From contig CAWAUV010000005.1 in NCBI GenBank assembly GCA_963785305.1, positions 672,001 to 736,000 on the forward strand: a DNA stretch of 64,000 nt, in the 5' to 3' direction. This DNA is from an uncultured Planctomycetaceae bacterium (GTDB lineage Bacteria; Planctomycetota; Planctomycetia; Pirellulales; PALSA-1355). A program made the position numbers and the translations under genes. Position 1 is the first letter of the stretch. Each line of letters begins with the position of its first letter. This document shows positions 12,107 to 21,254 of this stretch, piece by piece. The notes under the pieces are model-generated. The model made no database searches and was not told the origin of the DNA. It worked only from the letters and a program-made list of their open reading frames with translations.

Positions 12107-12799
12107 TCAACTGCCGTAGGAAGTGACAATCACTTCGTCGGCGCATTTCTTGAACATGACCTTGATCGCGAAGCCGTTCGACCATGTGTGCCAAATCACG
12201 GCGCGGCCGAAGAGACCGGTCTCGTGGCTGATGGCGGGCTTGCCCACAGTGCAGCCGGGCAGGGTCACCGGAATCTTGGTCACGCAGCCAGTGCAAGGAT
12301 CGCAAGCGGAGAGCACGGTCTTGAGCGGCGGTGGTTCGCAGCAACCGCAGCATACCTTGCAGCACCCGCGCCGCTGGTGATAAATGATCTTGAGCTTCGG
12401 GCAACATGGCTCGCAACAGGGCTCGCAACAGGATGGTGGACAGCAGGGCGGTGGACAGCAGGGCGCCGGCCGGGCACAAGGCATCGCGAAACTCGCGGGG
12501 CTCATCAACGCCGAGGCGTTTGCCAAGCTCACACGATCCGCGAGACTCGCGGCGCTCGCGAGGGAGACGTTCGTCGCGAGCCGGCCATCGCTCGAATCGC
12601 TTGCCGATGGTTCCCTGGAGGCCGCGATCGTGTTCACCACGGTGGCATGCTTAACACTCGCGCGCATCGCTCGAATCGCCACTTGCACGGCGGATTCGGC
12701 CGGGGCGATCGTCGTTGGGTCGTTCGACGCCGCTTGCTCGGCGCGGCCAACGGTCACTCCGATCGCGAACACGGCGAGCCCCAAAAGAATTCGACGCAT
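12107..12799 (-). CDS. Secreted cysteine-rich Planctomycete protein
   Basis: Signal peptide; CCPPPCCPPSCCEPCCEPCC...CCKVCCGCC...CDPCTGC; GAGGAG RBS upstream of ATG 12799. Confidence 0.8.
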   Translation of the reverse strand: MRRILLGLAVFAIGVTVGRAEQAASNDPTTIAPAESAVQVAIRAMRASVKHATVVNTIAASREPSASDSSDGRLATNVSLASAASLADRVSLANASALMSPASFAMPCARPAPCCPPPCCPPSCCEPCCEPCCPKLKIIYHQRRGCCKVCCGCCEPPPLKTVLSACDPCTGCVTKIPVTLPGCTVGKPAISHETGLFGRAVIWHTWSNGFAIKVMFKKCADEVIVTSYGS

Positions 12800-13379
12800 G
12801 GCTTGTTCCTCCTCAAAGCAAGAATAAATGGCTCCGCATCCATTTTAGGCGCCAATTAACGCTCCTGTCGGGGCATCGCGGCGAGCTCCGGCTTTTGCTC
12901 ACCTCGGGAAAGAATCGCGACGTTAAATATCGCTCAATCTTCCCATGCCGTCCGCGACCGAGCGAACAATCAGTTTCCAAAGAATGACAATCCCCGGGGC
13001 CGCTGCCAAGGGGTTGACGGGAGGGTGTTTTGTTAACTCGCTTTTGGGAAATGATTTAAGGCAGCGACCCGATTCTTCGTTCGGTGTCGCAAGGGCGCTC
13101 ATTTCGCTAAATTCCGCGAACAATTGTTGGAAACGCCCGGGCGCCGGTTTTTTTGCGGCGCTTGGCCGCGAAGTGAGCTAGAGTTCAAATGCCCGGCAAA
13201 AGTCAACATCCTTTCTATTCAGCCGGGCAAAGTCACTTCTCATTCTCGAATTCCGAATTGCTCGTTTTCTCCGTCTCGCGATTTATCGGCGCCGCGGAAT
13301 AACCGCGCATTGAAGGCCGAAGTTTTGCGGCTTTGGCTCGATTCGCGATTCGTTGATTTCGCGCGCAGGGGAGGCAATC

Positions 13380-14059
13380 ATGACAGCGCCCCGCGAACCT
13401 TCCATCACTCGCGATTCGCCCCAGGCGATCTCGGAGCTTCGCGCCGGGCACGCCACCCTGTCGGCGATGCTCATGAACCTGTTCGACGAGCTCGATCACC
13501 GGCGGTTCGAGCTAATCGAAAAATCGAAGGCCGGCCGACGCGGCGCCGCCGCGCATCGCGGGGCGCCCGCGGCCGATGCCCAAGAGGCCGAGCGGCAGAT
13601 CGCGGCGCTGGAGCGGGCTTTGGCGTCGGCTCGCGGCAGCATGCCCAGCGATTGGCGGAGTTCGCCGTGACGCGCATTGAACTGGCCGCCGCGCGAATCG
13701 AGCTCAATCAAGCGACCGGTCGCCGCGCGGACTTGGCGAGCAAGGCCGCGGCGCTCGGCGAGCCCGATTCGCTATCGGCCGAGCTCGATGTGCTCCGCTC
13801 GAGCGCCGTGGAATTGGCCGGCGAACTTGCCGCTTGTCGCCATGAGGCCCGGTCCGATGCGGGAGAGGAGCCCCTGGTCGAAACAGGGCTCGGTGAAAGT
13901 TCGGCCGGGTCCCATGAAACCGCGCCCGTCGCCCACGGCGCAAGCGAGTCGGCGGGGCCGCGTCGATCCGGAGGCCGCCGTCGCAATGCCGATCTCGAAC
14001 GCGTCGCGAAACTGCTCGATCAGACCGAGGACTCGCCGCCCGCGGATCATGCCGGTTGA
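13380..14059 (+). CDS. Hypothetical coiled-coil protein (frameshift near 13640)
   Basis: GGAGG RBS then MTAPREPS...LFDELD...; continues as QRLAEFAVTRIELAAARIEL in ORF 13124..14059. Confidence 0.5.
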
Positions 14060-14060
14060 C

Positions 14061-14099
14061 GGCTAATAGCCTGTTGATTGATTCAACAGGCTATTAGCC
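14061..14099. repeat. Perfect 17-bp inverted repeat between convergent genes (MITE-end related; probable bidirectional terminator)
   Basis: GGCTAATAGCCTGTTGA-TTGAT-TCAACAGGCTATTAGCC; contains the carA stop codon; same AGCCTGTTGA/TCAACAGGCT core as 38814-38916. Confidence 0.8.
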
Positions 14100-15310
14100 C
14101 CCGGTGGCGATCAGTTCGCGAAACTGTCGGAAGAGATATTCGCTGTCGTGCGGACCGGCCGACGCCTCGGGATGGTATTGCACACTAAACGCCGGCGCGT
14201 GGCGATGTCGCACGCCTTCGATCGTGCCATCGTTGAGATTGCGATGCGTTACTTCGAGTTCGCCGGGCAAAGTGTCTTCGAGCACCGCGAAGCCATGATT
14301 TTGGCTTGTGATCTCGACTCGGCCGGTGATCAGATTTCGCACCGGCTGATTGGCCCCGCGATGGCCGAACTTGAGCTTGAATGTCTTGGCGCCGCAGGCC
14401 AGCGAGATCAGCTGATGGCCCAGGCAAATGCCGAAGATCGGCGTTTTGCCGAGCAGTTCGCGAATCGTGTTGATCGCATAGTCCAGCGGCTCCGGATCGC
14501 CAGGACCATTCGAGAGAAACACGCCATCGGCCCGTTGGTCGAGCACTGCGTCGGCGCTCGGCGCTGCCCGGCAAGATCGTGACATGAAAACCGGAGTTGG
14601 TCAGATATCGCGGGATGTTCCACTTCATGCCGAAGTCGAGGGCCACGACTTTTAACGGGCGAGCTCCCTCGCGCGGCGTCGTGCCGGAGCGCGACATTTC
14701 GTTCGCGGCCTGTCCGCCAGCAACCCCGCCGCCAGCAACCCCGCCGCCCGGAACCCCGCCGCCACTCACGACCGGCGCCACCATCAGCGGGTCGAGCCGC
14801 TCGCTCCAAAGTCGAGCTTGGCTTGGCATCACTTCGCGCACGGATCGCGCCCACGAGTCCGGGCGACGCCGCGGCCTTGGCCGCCAGACTTGCGTCGTCG
14901 AGGTCCACGGTCGAGAGCACGCTTTTCATCGAGCCGAATCGGCGCAGCTTGCGCACCAAGGCCCGGGTGTCGATGCCCGCGATGCCCACGACTCCATGCC
15001 GGGCGAGATAGTCTTCGAGCGAGCCTTCCGAGCGGAAATTGCTCGCCACCCGGCTGAGATTTCGCACGATGAAGCCGGACAAATGGGGATGCTCGCTTTC
15101 GAGATCGGCGGCGTTGACGCCATAGTTGCCGATCTCGGGATAGGTCATCGCCACGATCTGGCCCCGATAGCTCGGATCGGTCAGGATTTCTTGATAGCCG
15201 GTCATCGAGGTGTTGAAACACACTTCGCCATCGACTTCGCCGGCGGCGCCGAAGCTCGCGCCCGTCATGACCGTGCCGTCTTCGAGCGCTAATTTCGCGG
15301 TCTTGGACAT
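14094..15310 (-). CDS. carA: Carbamoyl-phosphate synthase small subunit (two frameshifts)
   Basis: [51 protein letters not shown] and [14 protein letters not shown] motifs. Confidence 0.95.
14714..14764. repeat. 15-nt tandem repeat encoding a GGGVA linker inside carA
   Basis: CCGCCAGCAACCCCG x2, then CCGCCCGGAACCCCG and a partial copy. Confidence 0.8.
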
Positions 15311-15700
15311 CGACTCCGAATTCTCCGTGGGCTGCGTGGTTTTTGGGGCAACGGCGTCAACTTGCAGCGGTTCGCCGCAAAAAGGCGGCGCGGGGAGGCC
15401 GCTCAGGGGCTCTTTTTATTGCGACGTTTCACATGAATATACCAAGCGACGGACACCACGACGCAAAAAAAGAGGAAGGGGCTCATGGCGAGCGACTCGG
15501 AGACAGCTAGTTCGCGTTGTTCAAACGTGTTTTACGGCGGCGGGCTCTGTTGCTCCGCCCCGTGGCGACCCGCGTCGCGGCCCTCGCGGGGGCTTGGCTG
15601 CTAAAGTTCGACCGGCCCGTGGCCCGATAGGGTTCTTATTGGCTGTGGGTCACTGGAGCAAATCAAGCGCAAGCCGAAATTCATCCAGACAGCCAAACCC

Positions 15701-15742
15701 GAGGGTCCTTGCAGCGGCGAGCAAGGACCCTCATTGTATTTT
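15701..15742. terminator. Perfect 12-bp hairpin, probable terminator
   Basis: GAGGGTCCTTGC-AGCGGCGA-GCAAGGACCCTC followed by ATTGTATTTT on the + strand. Confidence 0.55.
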
Positions 15743-15935
15743 GAGCCGATCCCGCCCGCATGCGCTCGACCTCGCGGGCCCAGAGCCGAACCATTATAGG
15801 CGTTCGGAGCCGTTAAACCGAGGGGGCCGCGGAAAACGCCATCACGACTGCCGGCCGGCGCATCGCGGCAAGGGCACGGCTCGGCAATGGAACAGTTCGG
15901 CGCCCCCCCATTGCGTCGAGAAGGATGCACCGCTG

Positions 15936-17033
15936 CTAGGCCATTGCCGGCATTGGCGGGAAAATGTTCGCAAGCGTGGCCGTGCGAGCCTCGGTCTCCG
16001 CGATTGACTTCGCCATGAACTCCGCGAAGTTCCACCGAGACCGCGCCAGCCGCCCGAGGAATAGCCGACTACCGATTCCGATCGCGCTAGAGAGCATTAC
16101 AGAGTGACACAACGTCTCAGCCACGAGGCCCATCGCGATACCCGTAGTGCTGATTGCCGAACTCGCGGCAGCATCGGCGAACGCTTGCGAGAATTCCTTC
16201 GAGCCCTTGTACCATAGGAAGCCGTTCACGATTGCATGAAGTGAACCGGCAGCGATTGCCCCGCCGAGCAACTCGTCAAAGAAATGGCCCAACTGGTCCG
16301 GGCCGACGTTGCTCATACCCTCCCGTACGAAATCCGCCGCCCGGTGCGCATTGATCGGAATGGTCAAGACGCGGATCGAATCTAATTCTGAATGACAATC
16401 CTTCAAATCGTTGACTCGCTCGGCGATGTCAGCCGGCACGGCAAAATCAATCTGGTGAACGGTATCACCAGCGCATCCGCTGATCCAGCCGTGATCGACT
16501 TTTTCCTGAACCTTCAACATTTGCCGCACAACGTCATGGGGATTGGCGTAGAGCTTAACCTGCACGTATTCATACGCCCCGTCTGTTTGTTTGACCGCAA
16601 CGTCCCAAGCCTCTTGGCTCCCAGAAGTAGCGAGTTCGGCGGCGCTTCCAATGTGTTGTTTAAATAGGTTTTCACCGATCTGCCCTTTGAGCTTGCTAAT
16701 CAATCCCCGGACGTGATCGTCATCGAATGGGCGAAACGTTCCGTCGCTGGTTTGAATAGCCTGGAGCAAAATGGTTCGCATTTTCGCGTAAGAGTCGGCT
16801 TTTTCGTGCATCAAATTCGCGAACGCATCTTTCAACTCACGGGGTATTTGGTCGAGCAACGTACCGCCATGCAGCGCGTCACCGACGACGACAGCGCTGC
16901 CGATAATTTGATCGTGTTGATCTTGGAGTGTTTGTACAAGAAGGTTAAGTTCTTCAAGCTTCCATTGCCGCATTACTTCATTGGCGTTGCGTGCGTTATC
17001 GCCGAATCGAATACAGAATTCGTCAATTCTCAT
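15936..17033 (-). CDS. Hypothetical protein with PD-(D/E)xK-like nuclease motif and hydrophobic C-terminal helices
   Basis: 365-aa intact ORF with GGAG RBS; KLKGQIGE...EAWDVAV...EYVQVK; C-terminal GAIAAGSLHAIVNGFLWY and GIAMGLVAETL...SSAIGIG. Confidence 0.7.
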   Translation of the reverse strand: MRIDEFCIRFGDNARNANEVMRQWKLEELNLLVQTLQDQHDQIIGSAVVVGDALHGGTLLDQIPRELKDAFANLMHEKADSYAKMRTILLQAIQTSDGTFRPFDDDHVRGLISKLKGQIGENLFKQHIGSAAELATSGSQEAWDVAVKQTDGAYEYVQVKLYANPHDVVRQMLKVQEKVDHGWISGCAGDTVHQIDFAVPADIAERVNDLKDCHSELDSIRVLTIPINAHRAADFVREGMSNVGPDQLGHFFDELLGGAIAAGSLHAIVNGFLWYKGSKEFSQAFADAAASSAISTTGIAMGLVAETLCHSVMLSSAIGIGSRLFLGRLARSRWNFAEFMAKSIAETEARTATLANIFPPMPAMA

Positions 17034-17499
17034 GGCATGCTCCGCGGATTTTCAACTCACTGAGTTGGCCTTCCAAATTTGCAATACGCTCAAGGGCTTC
17101 AGCCAATCGAGTGGCGAGAATATCATTAAACGAGTCTTGGGCAAGCAACTTCGCTTCGACGAGTTCAATAAGTCGTTTTCCCGTCACTTGATCCAGCTTA
17201 TCGACCACGGCCCCGGTAGTATCCCTGATAGCTTTCTTCGCGCCGCGCTGGTCGAGTTCACCATCAACATAGTTGACGGCCGACTCTAATTTAGAGCCGG
17301 CATAAAATTGAACGCTCGTTTCCACCGCTCCGCGCGTCATGTCACCAGCAACGGCAAGAGTCTGATTACTGACCTCGACTGTTTTCGCCGCTCCTGCCGT
17401 GCTAATTGCGGCGACCTTCGACGCTAACGCCCCGCCTGTCGAAGTTGCCTGCATTGAAACGCCGGCAATCGCTGCCTTCGCCTTGTCCCAAATTGACAT
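17023..17499 (-). CDS. Hypothetical protein with C-terminal coiled coil (start uncertain: 17499, 17633 or 17772)
   Basis: MSIWDKAKAAI...LATRLAEALERIANLEGQLSELK; overlaps the downstream gene by 11 nt. Confidence 0.65.
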   Translation of the reverse strand: MSIWDKAKAAIAGVSMQATSTGGALASKVAAISTAGAAKTVEVSNQTLAVAGDMTRGAVETSVQFYAGSKLESAVNYVDGELDQRGAKKAIRDTTGAVVDKLDQVTGKRLIELVEAKLLAQDSFNDILATRLAEALERIANLEGQLSELKIRGACHEN

Positions 17500-18221
17500 A
17501 GCGCTGCTCGGCGACGTCATCGACTGGGTATCTTCATGCCCTGGAACTTCGCCGCCCCGCCCACCGCCACTCGCATCGGAATATCTAGATTCCACCGGAG
17601 CACCCCACACAATCGTTTGCGACTTCGCCATTATGAGACACGATTCTATTAAACGATTCATCGCAATGCAAGTGCGTGATATGCTTGCAACATTGACGCC
17701 GAACACGGATGCCACCAAGCGGCCGGGAAGGATGTTCGGATCGCTCTGGCCGCTGCCCAGCATGACGAGCAAAGGCGCGGCGCAACCGTCGGGCTATTCG
17801 CACTCGCGGGCGGCGGCGTGCTTTGGTCGTTGACCAAATCAAAAAGGGCCGCGGCAGAATGCTTTCGCGTCCCACCCCGGCCCCTCACAAGGTTTGAACG
17901 CCCGTTGTGGTTCGACCACGCAGCGGGCGGGTAGGGTGCGGCGCGCCACTGGGTACCACGGGACCGTCTGCCCCGCTGAACCGCGCCCAGCGTTTGCGAG
18001 AGAGGTATTCGCCGGCCATCGTCAAAAGTCACGCGCAGACGGTGCTGGCTTCACATGCTATCCGCCTATCCGCGCAGGATTGCGCAGCGCGCCACGCGCC
18101 GCAAGCACCCGCGCCGCGGTGCGCCCGAAATCGCCTGCCTCGCGGCTGACTGCCGTTGGGAGCTTTCGCCGCGGTTGCGCCGGGTCGCCGCTCGTGCTTT
18201 TCGCCAGGCGCCTGTTCGCCG

Positions 18222-18251
18222 TTGACCAGAAATCGCCGGGGTCGTTATGAT
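18222..18251 (+). promoter_or_regulatory. Sigma70-like promoter of tRNA-His
   Basis: TTGACC-N18-TATGAT about 20 nt upstream of the tRNA. Confidence 0.6.
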
Positions 18252-18270
18252 GTCAGCTCCTGCCAGTTAC

Positions 18271-18345
18271 GGTGGCTGTAGCTCAGTTGGTTAGAGCACC
18301 AGATTGTGGATCTGGGGGTCGGGGGTTCAAGTCCCCTCAGCCACC
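18271..18345 (+). tRNA. tRNA-His (GTG)
   Basis: G-1 plus acceptor GTGGCTG/CAGCCAC, D-arm GCTCAGTTGGTTAGAGC, anticodon arm CCAGA-TTGTGGA-TCTGG, T-loop GGTTCAAGTCC; CCA not encoded. Confidence 0.97.
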
Positions 18346-18352
18346 CTTTGCC

Positions 18353-18396
18353 AAAAAGCCCGAAAGCCCCATCGCCAAAGGGGTTTCGGGCTTTTT
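18353..18396 (+). terminator. Rho-independent terminator after tRNA-His
   Basis: AAAAAGCCCGAAAGCCCC...GGGGTTTCGGGCTTTTT. Confidence 0.8.
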
Positions 18397-18614
18397 CTTG
18401 CGCCGGTCGGCTGCCCAGGCGCGAGAAGTGGTTAATCTCGCGCGGCGACGGCGAGAAAATGCCATTGATCGCGTGGGAGCCGATTGCCGCGAACACCCGC
18501 CTCCGCGCCTCCGCGACTCCGCGTGATACTTCCGAAGAGCATCGGCAACGCATTGCCCATATAATGGTCTCTAATACCCCCCTCCGATCACGACAGTCCC
18601 TTCGGAAACTCGCC

Positions 18615-19502
18615 ATGAAGACGCGCTCGCTTGGGTTCTCCTGCCTATGGATCGCGCTCTTGGCTTCCTCGGGACGACTGCTCGGCGACGACTCCGAGAC
18701 ATTGAAACACCTCGAACAAAAGGGCGCCAAGGTCAGCCCCGCCGCCCAAGGCGCCGTCAGTGTCTCCGTGAACGATTGCTCCACCTGGACGGAAGACGAC
18801 TACAAGGCTCTCGGCGCGGCGTCGAGGGTCACCCATCTTTCGCTGGGCAAGGGATTCGCGGAGTCGTCGCTCCCGTGGCTTAAGGGCCTCGTGGACTTGG
18901 AAGTCGTCTCCACGAATGTGATGCAAGTGACGGATGAGGGAGTGAAGGCATTCGCCCAATTCCCCAAGCTCCAGCGTCTCGCCTTCTTCCACCCGCCGAA
19001 GGCATTTACCGGCGCCGGATTGGCGGATCTTGCTGAAATGCATTCTCTCGAAGAATTGACGGTCGCCGGCTCGTTCGACGTGGGCGACGATGCTCTCCTT
19101 GCCATCAGCAAGATCAAGAGCCTGAAGCGGGTTCGTATCTGGCACGCTGGAAACACCAACGAGGGCGTCAGGCACTTGAAAGAACTGCCGGCGCTCGAGT
19201 CCTTGACCCTGGGCCAAAGACTAACCAACACCCCGCCGGCCTGCCCCGACGCGGAAACGATCGCGTCGCTGCTCGAAATCGAGACGCTCAAATCGCTCGC
19301 CCTCTGGGAGGCTCGCCTCGACTACGACACCCTCGCGCAGCTCAAACAACTACCGCGGCTCACGCAACTGACGCTCGATGGCGTCGACATCTCCAACGCC
19401 GATGTCGAACGTTTGAAAAAGGAGATGCCCAGCGTCGCCATCACCATGACCAAGCCGACCGATGTGTACATGAAGCGCATCGACCAGCTGTTCAACAAGT
19501 AG
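18615..19502 (+). CDS. Secreted leucine-rich-repeat protein
   Basis: Signal peptide MKTRSLGFSCLWIALLA; LxxLxxLxL..vTDeG repeats. Confidence 0.85.
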   Translation: MKTRSLGFSCLWIALLASSGRLLGDDSETLKHLEQKGAKVSPAAQGAVSVSVNDCSTWTEDDYKALGAASRVTHLSLGKGFAESSLPWLKGLVDLEVVSTNVMQVTDEGVKAFAQFPKLQRLAFFHPPKAFTGAGLADLAEMHSLEELTVAGSFDVGDDALLAISKIKSLKRVRIWHAGNTNEGVRHLKELPALESLTLGQRLTNTPPACPDAETIASLLEIETLKSLALWEARLDYDTLAQLKQLPRLTQLTLDGVDISNADVERLKKEMPSVAITMTKPTDVYMKRIDQLFNK

Positions 19503-19524
19503 CTGCGCCGCCGGCCGCCGCCCC

Positions 19525-20652
19525 TCACCAAATCTGATTGCTCGGGTGCCAAGGGAAGTACGACTTTCTCAGCCCGCCGAAGCGCACCTCGAGGCCCATC
19601 GTGTACGACACATTGTTCATCGTGCTAAAGGGCCCGCGGCCGTAGGCGACGTTGTCGGTGGCGTCGAAGCGGTAAATCAGCCATTCGCGCCAGCGGTACT
19701 TGAAGCCCAAGCTGAACGGAGTGCTCACCAGCACTCCGCCGTAATACGTGTTCATGGAGTCATAGAAGCTGATCTTCGTGGTGCCGATGCCCACGCTCGC
19801 GAACGGCCGCCAACGGGCATCGCCCAGCGGATAGTAGTACATGCTCAAGTCGGCTACATAGAGATCGCTCGTGGCGCCTGGGTAATCGAGGTTCGGATAC
19901 TTCAAACTCACGGCCGCCATGCCGAGCCGCGCTTCGAGGCCGTAGTAATAGTCGTAGTCCCAGGTGAAGCGGTAGCCGCCGAAAAAGCCGCCATGTTGGC
20001 CCACGACGCCTTTGATCGGGGAGCCGCCTTCAATGAATCCGGCGAACCAGCTCGCGCCGATCGGCCGGTTCAGCCAACTGGCGCCATAGAGCGGCTCGCC
20101 CCAGCCGATGAAGCGATTCGCCTCGGAGCTGCGCGGGCCAATCAGCGGAATAAACGTGAGCGGCGGCAAATGAAACAGATGACGCCGAGGTGGAAGATTA
20201 CTGTAGGGATCCCCCATCGTGGTTTCGTGCGGACCCGTGAACCGCGGCGGGGCGCCAGGCGGCAAACCCGCGCCGCCATCGAGCGGTGAATTCGCCGAGG
20301 GACCTTGGCCCGGAGCGGCCATGTCGCCCGTGAGATCGGGCGCGGGAACCGGCTCGGGCAAACGAGCGTCGGGATCGGGCGCCAAGCCTTGCGAGCCGGC
20401 CAAGAGCCGCAGCACGCTGCCATCGGTGGTTGTGGCGACCGACGCGCGTCGCTCCGCGAGCACGGCGGCTTTCGTGGCCGAGTCTTCAGGTTCGAGCAGC
20501 GATGGCGCGGGCGACGTATTCGCGGGCGCAGCGATCGCATCGAGGTTCGGCATAAGCGCACCGATATCCTCGGCCAAGCCTCGACTTGCGCAAGCGCAAC
20601 TCAAGACCGCCGCGACGATCCGAACAGACACCGACGCTCCGCGACGTGTCAT
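19525..20652 (-). CDS. Outer-membrane beta-barrel protein with Pro-rich N-terminus
   Basis: Signal peptide and aromatic-rich alternating strands (GGYRFTWDY, YYPLGDARWRPF, LGFKYRW, MGLEVRFGG); start uncertain. Confidence 0.75.
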   Translation of the reverse strand: MTRRGASVSVRIVAAVLSCACASRGLAEDIGALMPNLDAIAAPANTSPAPSLLEPEDSATKAAVLAERRASVATTTDGSVLRLLAGSQGLAPDPDARLPEPVPAPDLTGDMAAPGQGPSANSPLDGGAGLPPGAPPRFTGPHETTMGDPYSNLPPRRHLFHLPPLTFIPLIGPRSSEANRFIGWGEPLYGASWLNRPIGASWFAGFIEGGSPIKGVVGQHGGFFGGYRFTWDYDYYYGLEARLGMAAVSLKYPNLDYPGATSDLYVADLSMYYYPLGDARWRPFASVGIGTTKISFYDSMNTYYGGVLVSTPFSLGFKYRWREWLIYRFDATDNVAYGRGPFSTMNNVSYTMGLEVRFGGLRKSYFPWHPSNQIW

Positions 20653-21254
20653 GCGCGTTCCGAGACGATTTCCAGATGAGAGCCGCCGTCCGCGATCCAA
20701 TCGCACACGGCGCCGCAACTCGAGTCGGCAACGCGAAAAGATTTTTGCCGACGATAGTTACGCACGATGAGGGGGGCAATTATCCATCGACCCGTCGATG
20801 GTGTCAATGCGAAGGCAATCGCTTCGCGCGGCGCGGCGTCGCGGCGCGGGCGGCATGGGCGAATCACGCGTTTTGCGGCGGGAAGAGCTGCGCTGGACGA
20901 CAAATTCCGATTCGAGCGACGCATGCGGCTTGGGCTTCGCGAGGGCGACGCCAGCAGTGCTAGCTCGGGGCGATGTGCCGGAGACCATCGAGAGAGAAGC
21001 CCTATTCACGACCATCGAGCGGCTGGCGCTGGCAGCGGGCGATGCTGGCAGCCAACGATGTCGGGAGTCCACGGGGTTGTTGAGCGACCTATCGAGCGGC
21101 AATCGCCGGAACAATGCCAGCCCGCCGATCCAAGGCGACAAGGCGACAATTTGTTTGTTGTCGGCGGAAGGCAAGGATAGAATCGCACTGCCAACTCGCC
21201 CTATTCGCGTTGCAATTTCTCGCCTGCCTTCCCCGCCCGACGTGAGATCTCGCC

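Noticed and set aside
13192..13235. CCCGGCAAAAGT shared with 43659-43670, plus a local near-repeat CCGGGCAAAGTCA
   Set aside because: A 12-mer match could be chance, it lacks the GAACTT spacing, and there is no independent support for an operator.
14094..15310. Programmed frameshifting or pseudogene status for carA, fmt, glgA and sat
   Set aside because: No slippery motifs, and breaks are scattered over many unrelated genes, so sequencing error is the simpler explanation.
20720..21250. Short ORFs between the beta-barrel and GH141-like genes
   Set aside because: No motifs or RBS support; possibly a remnant, but it cannot be called.
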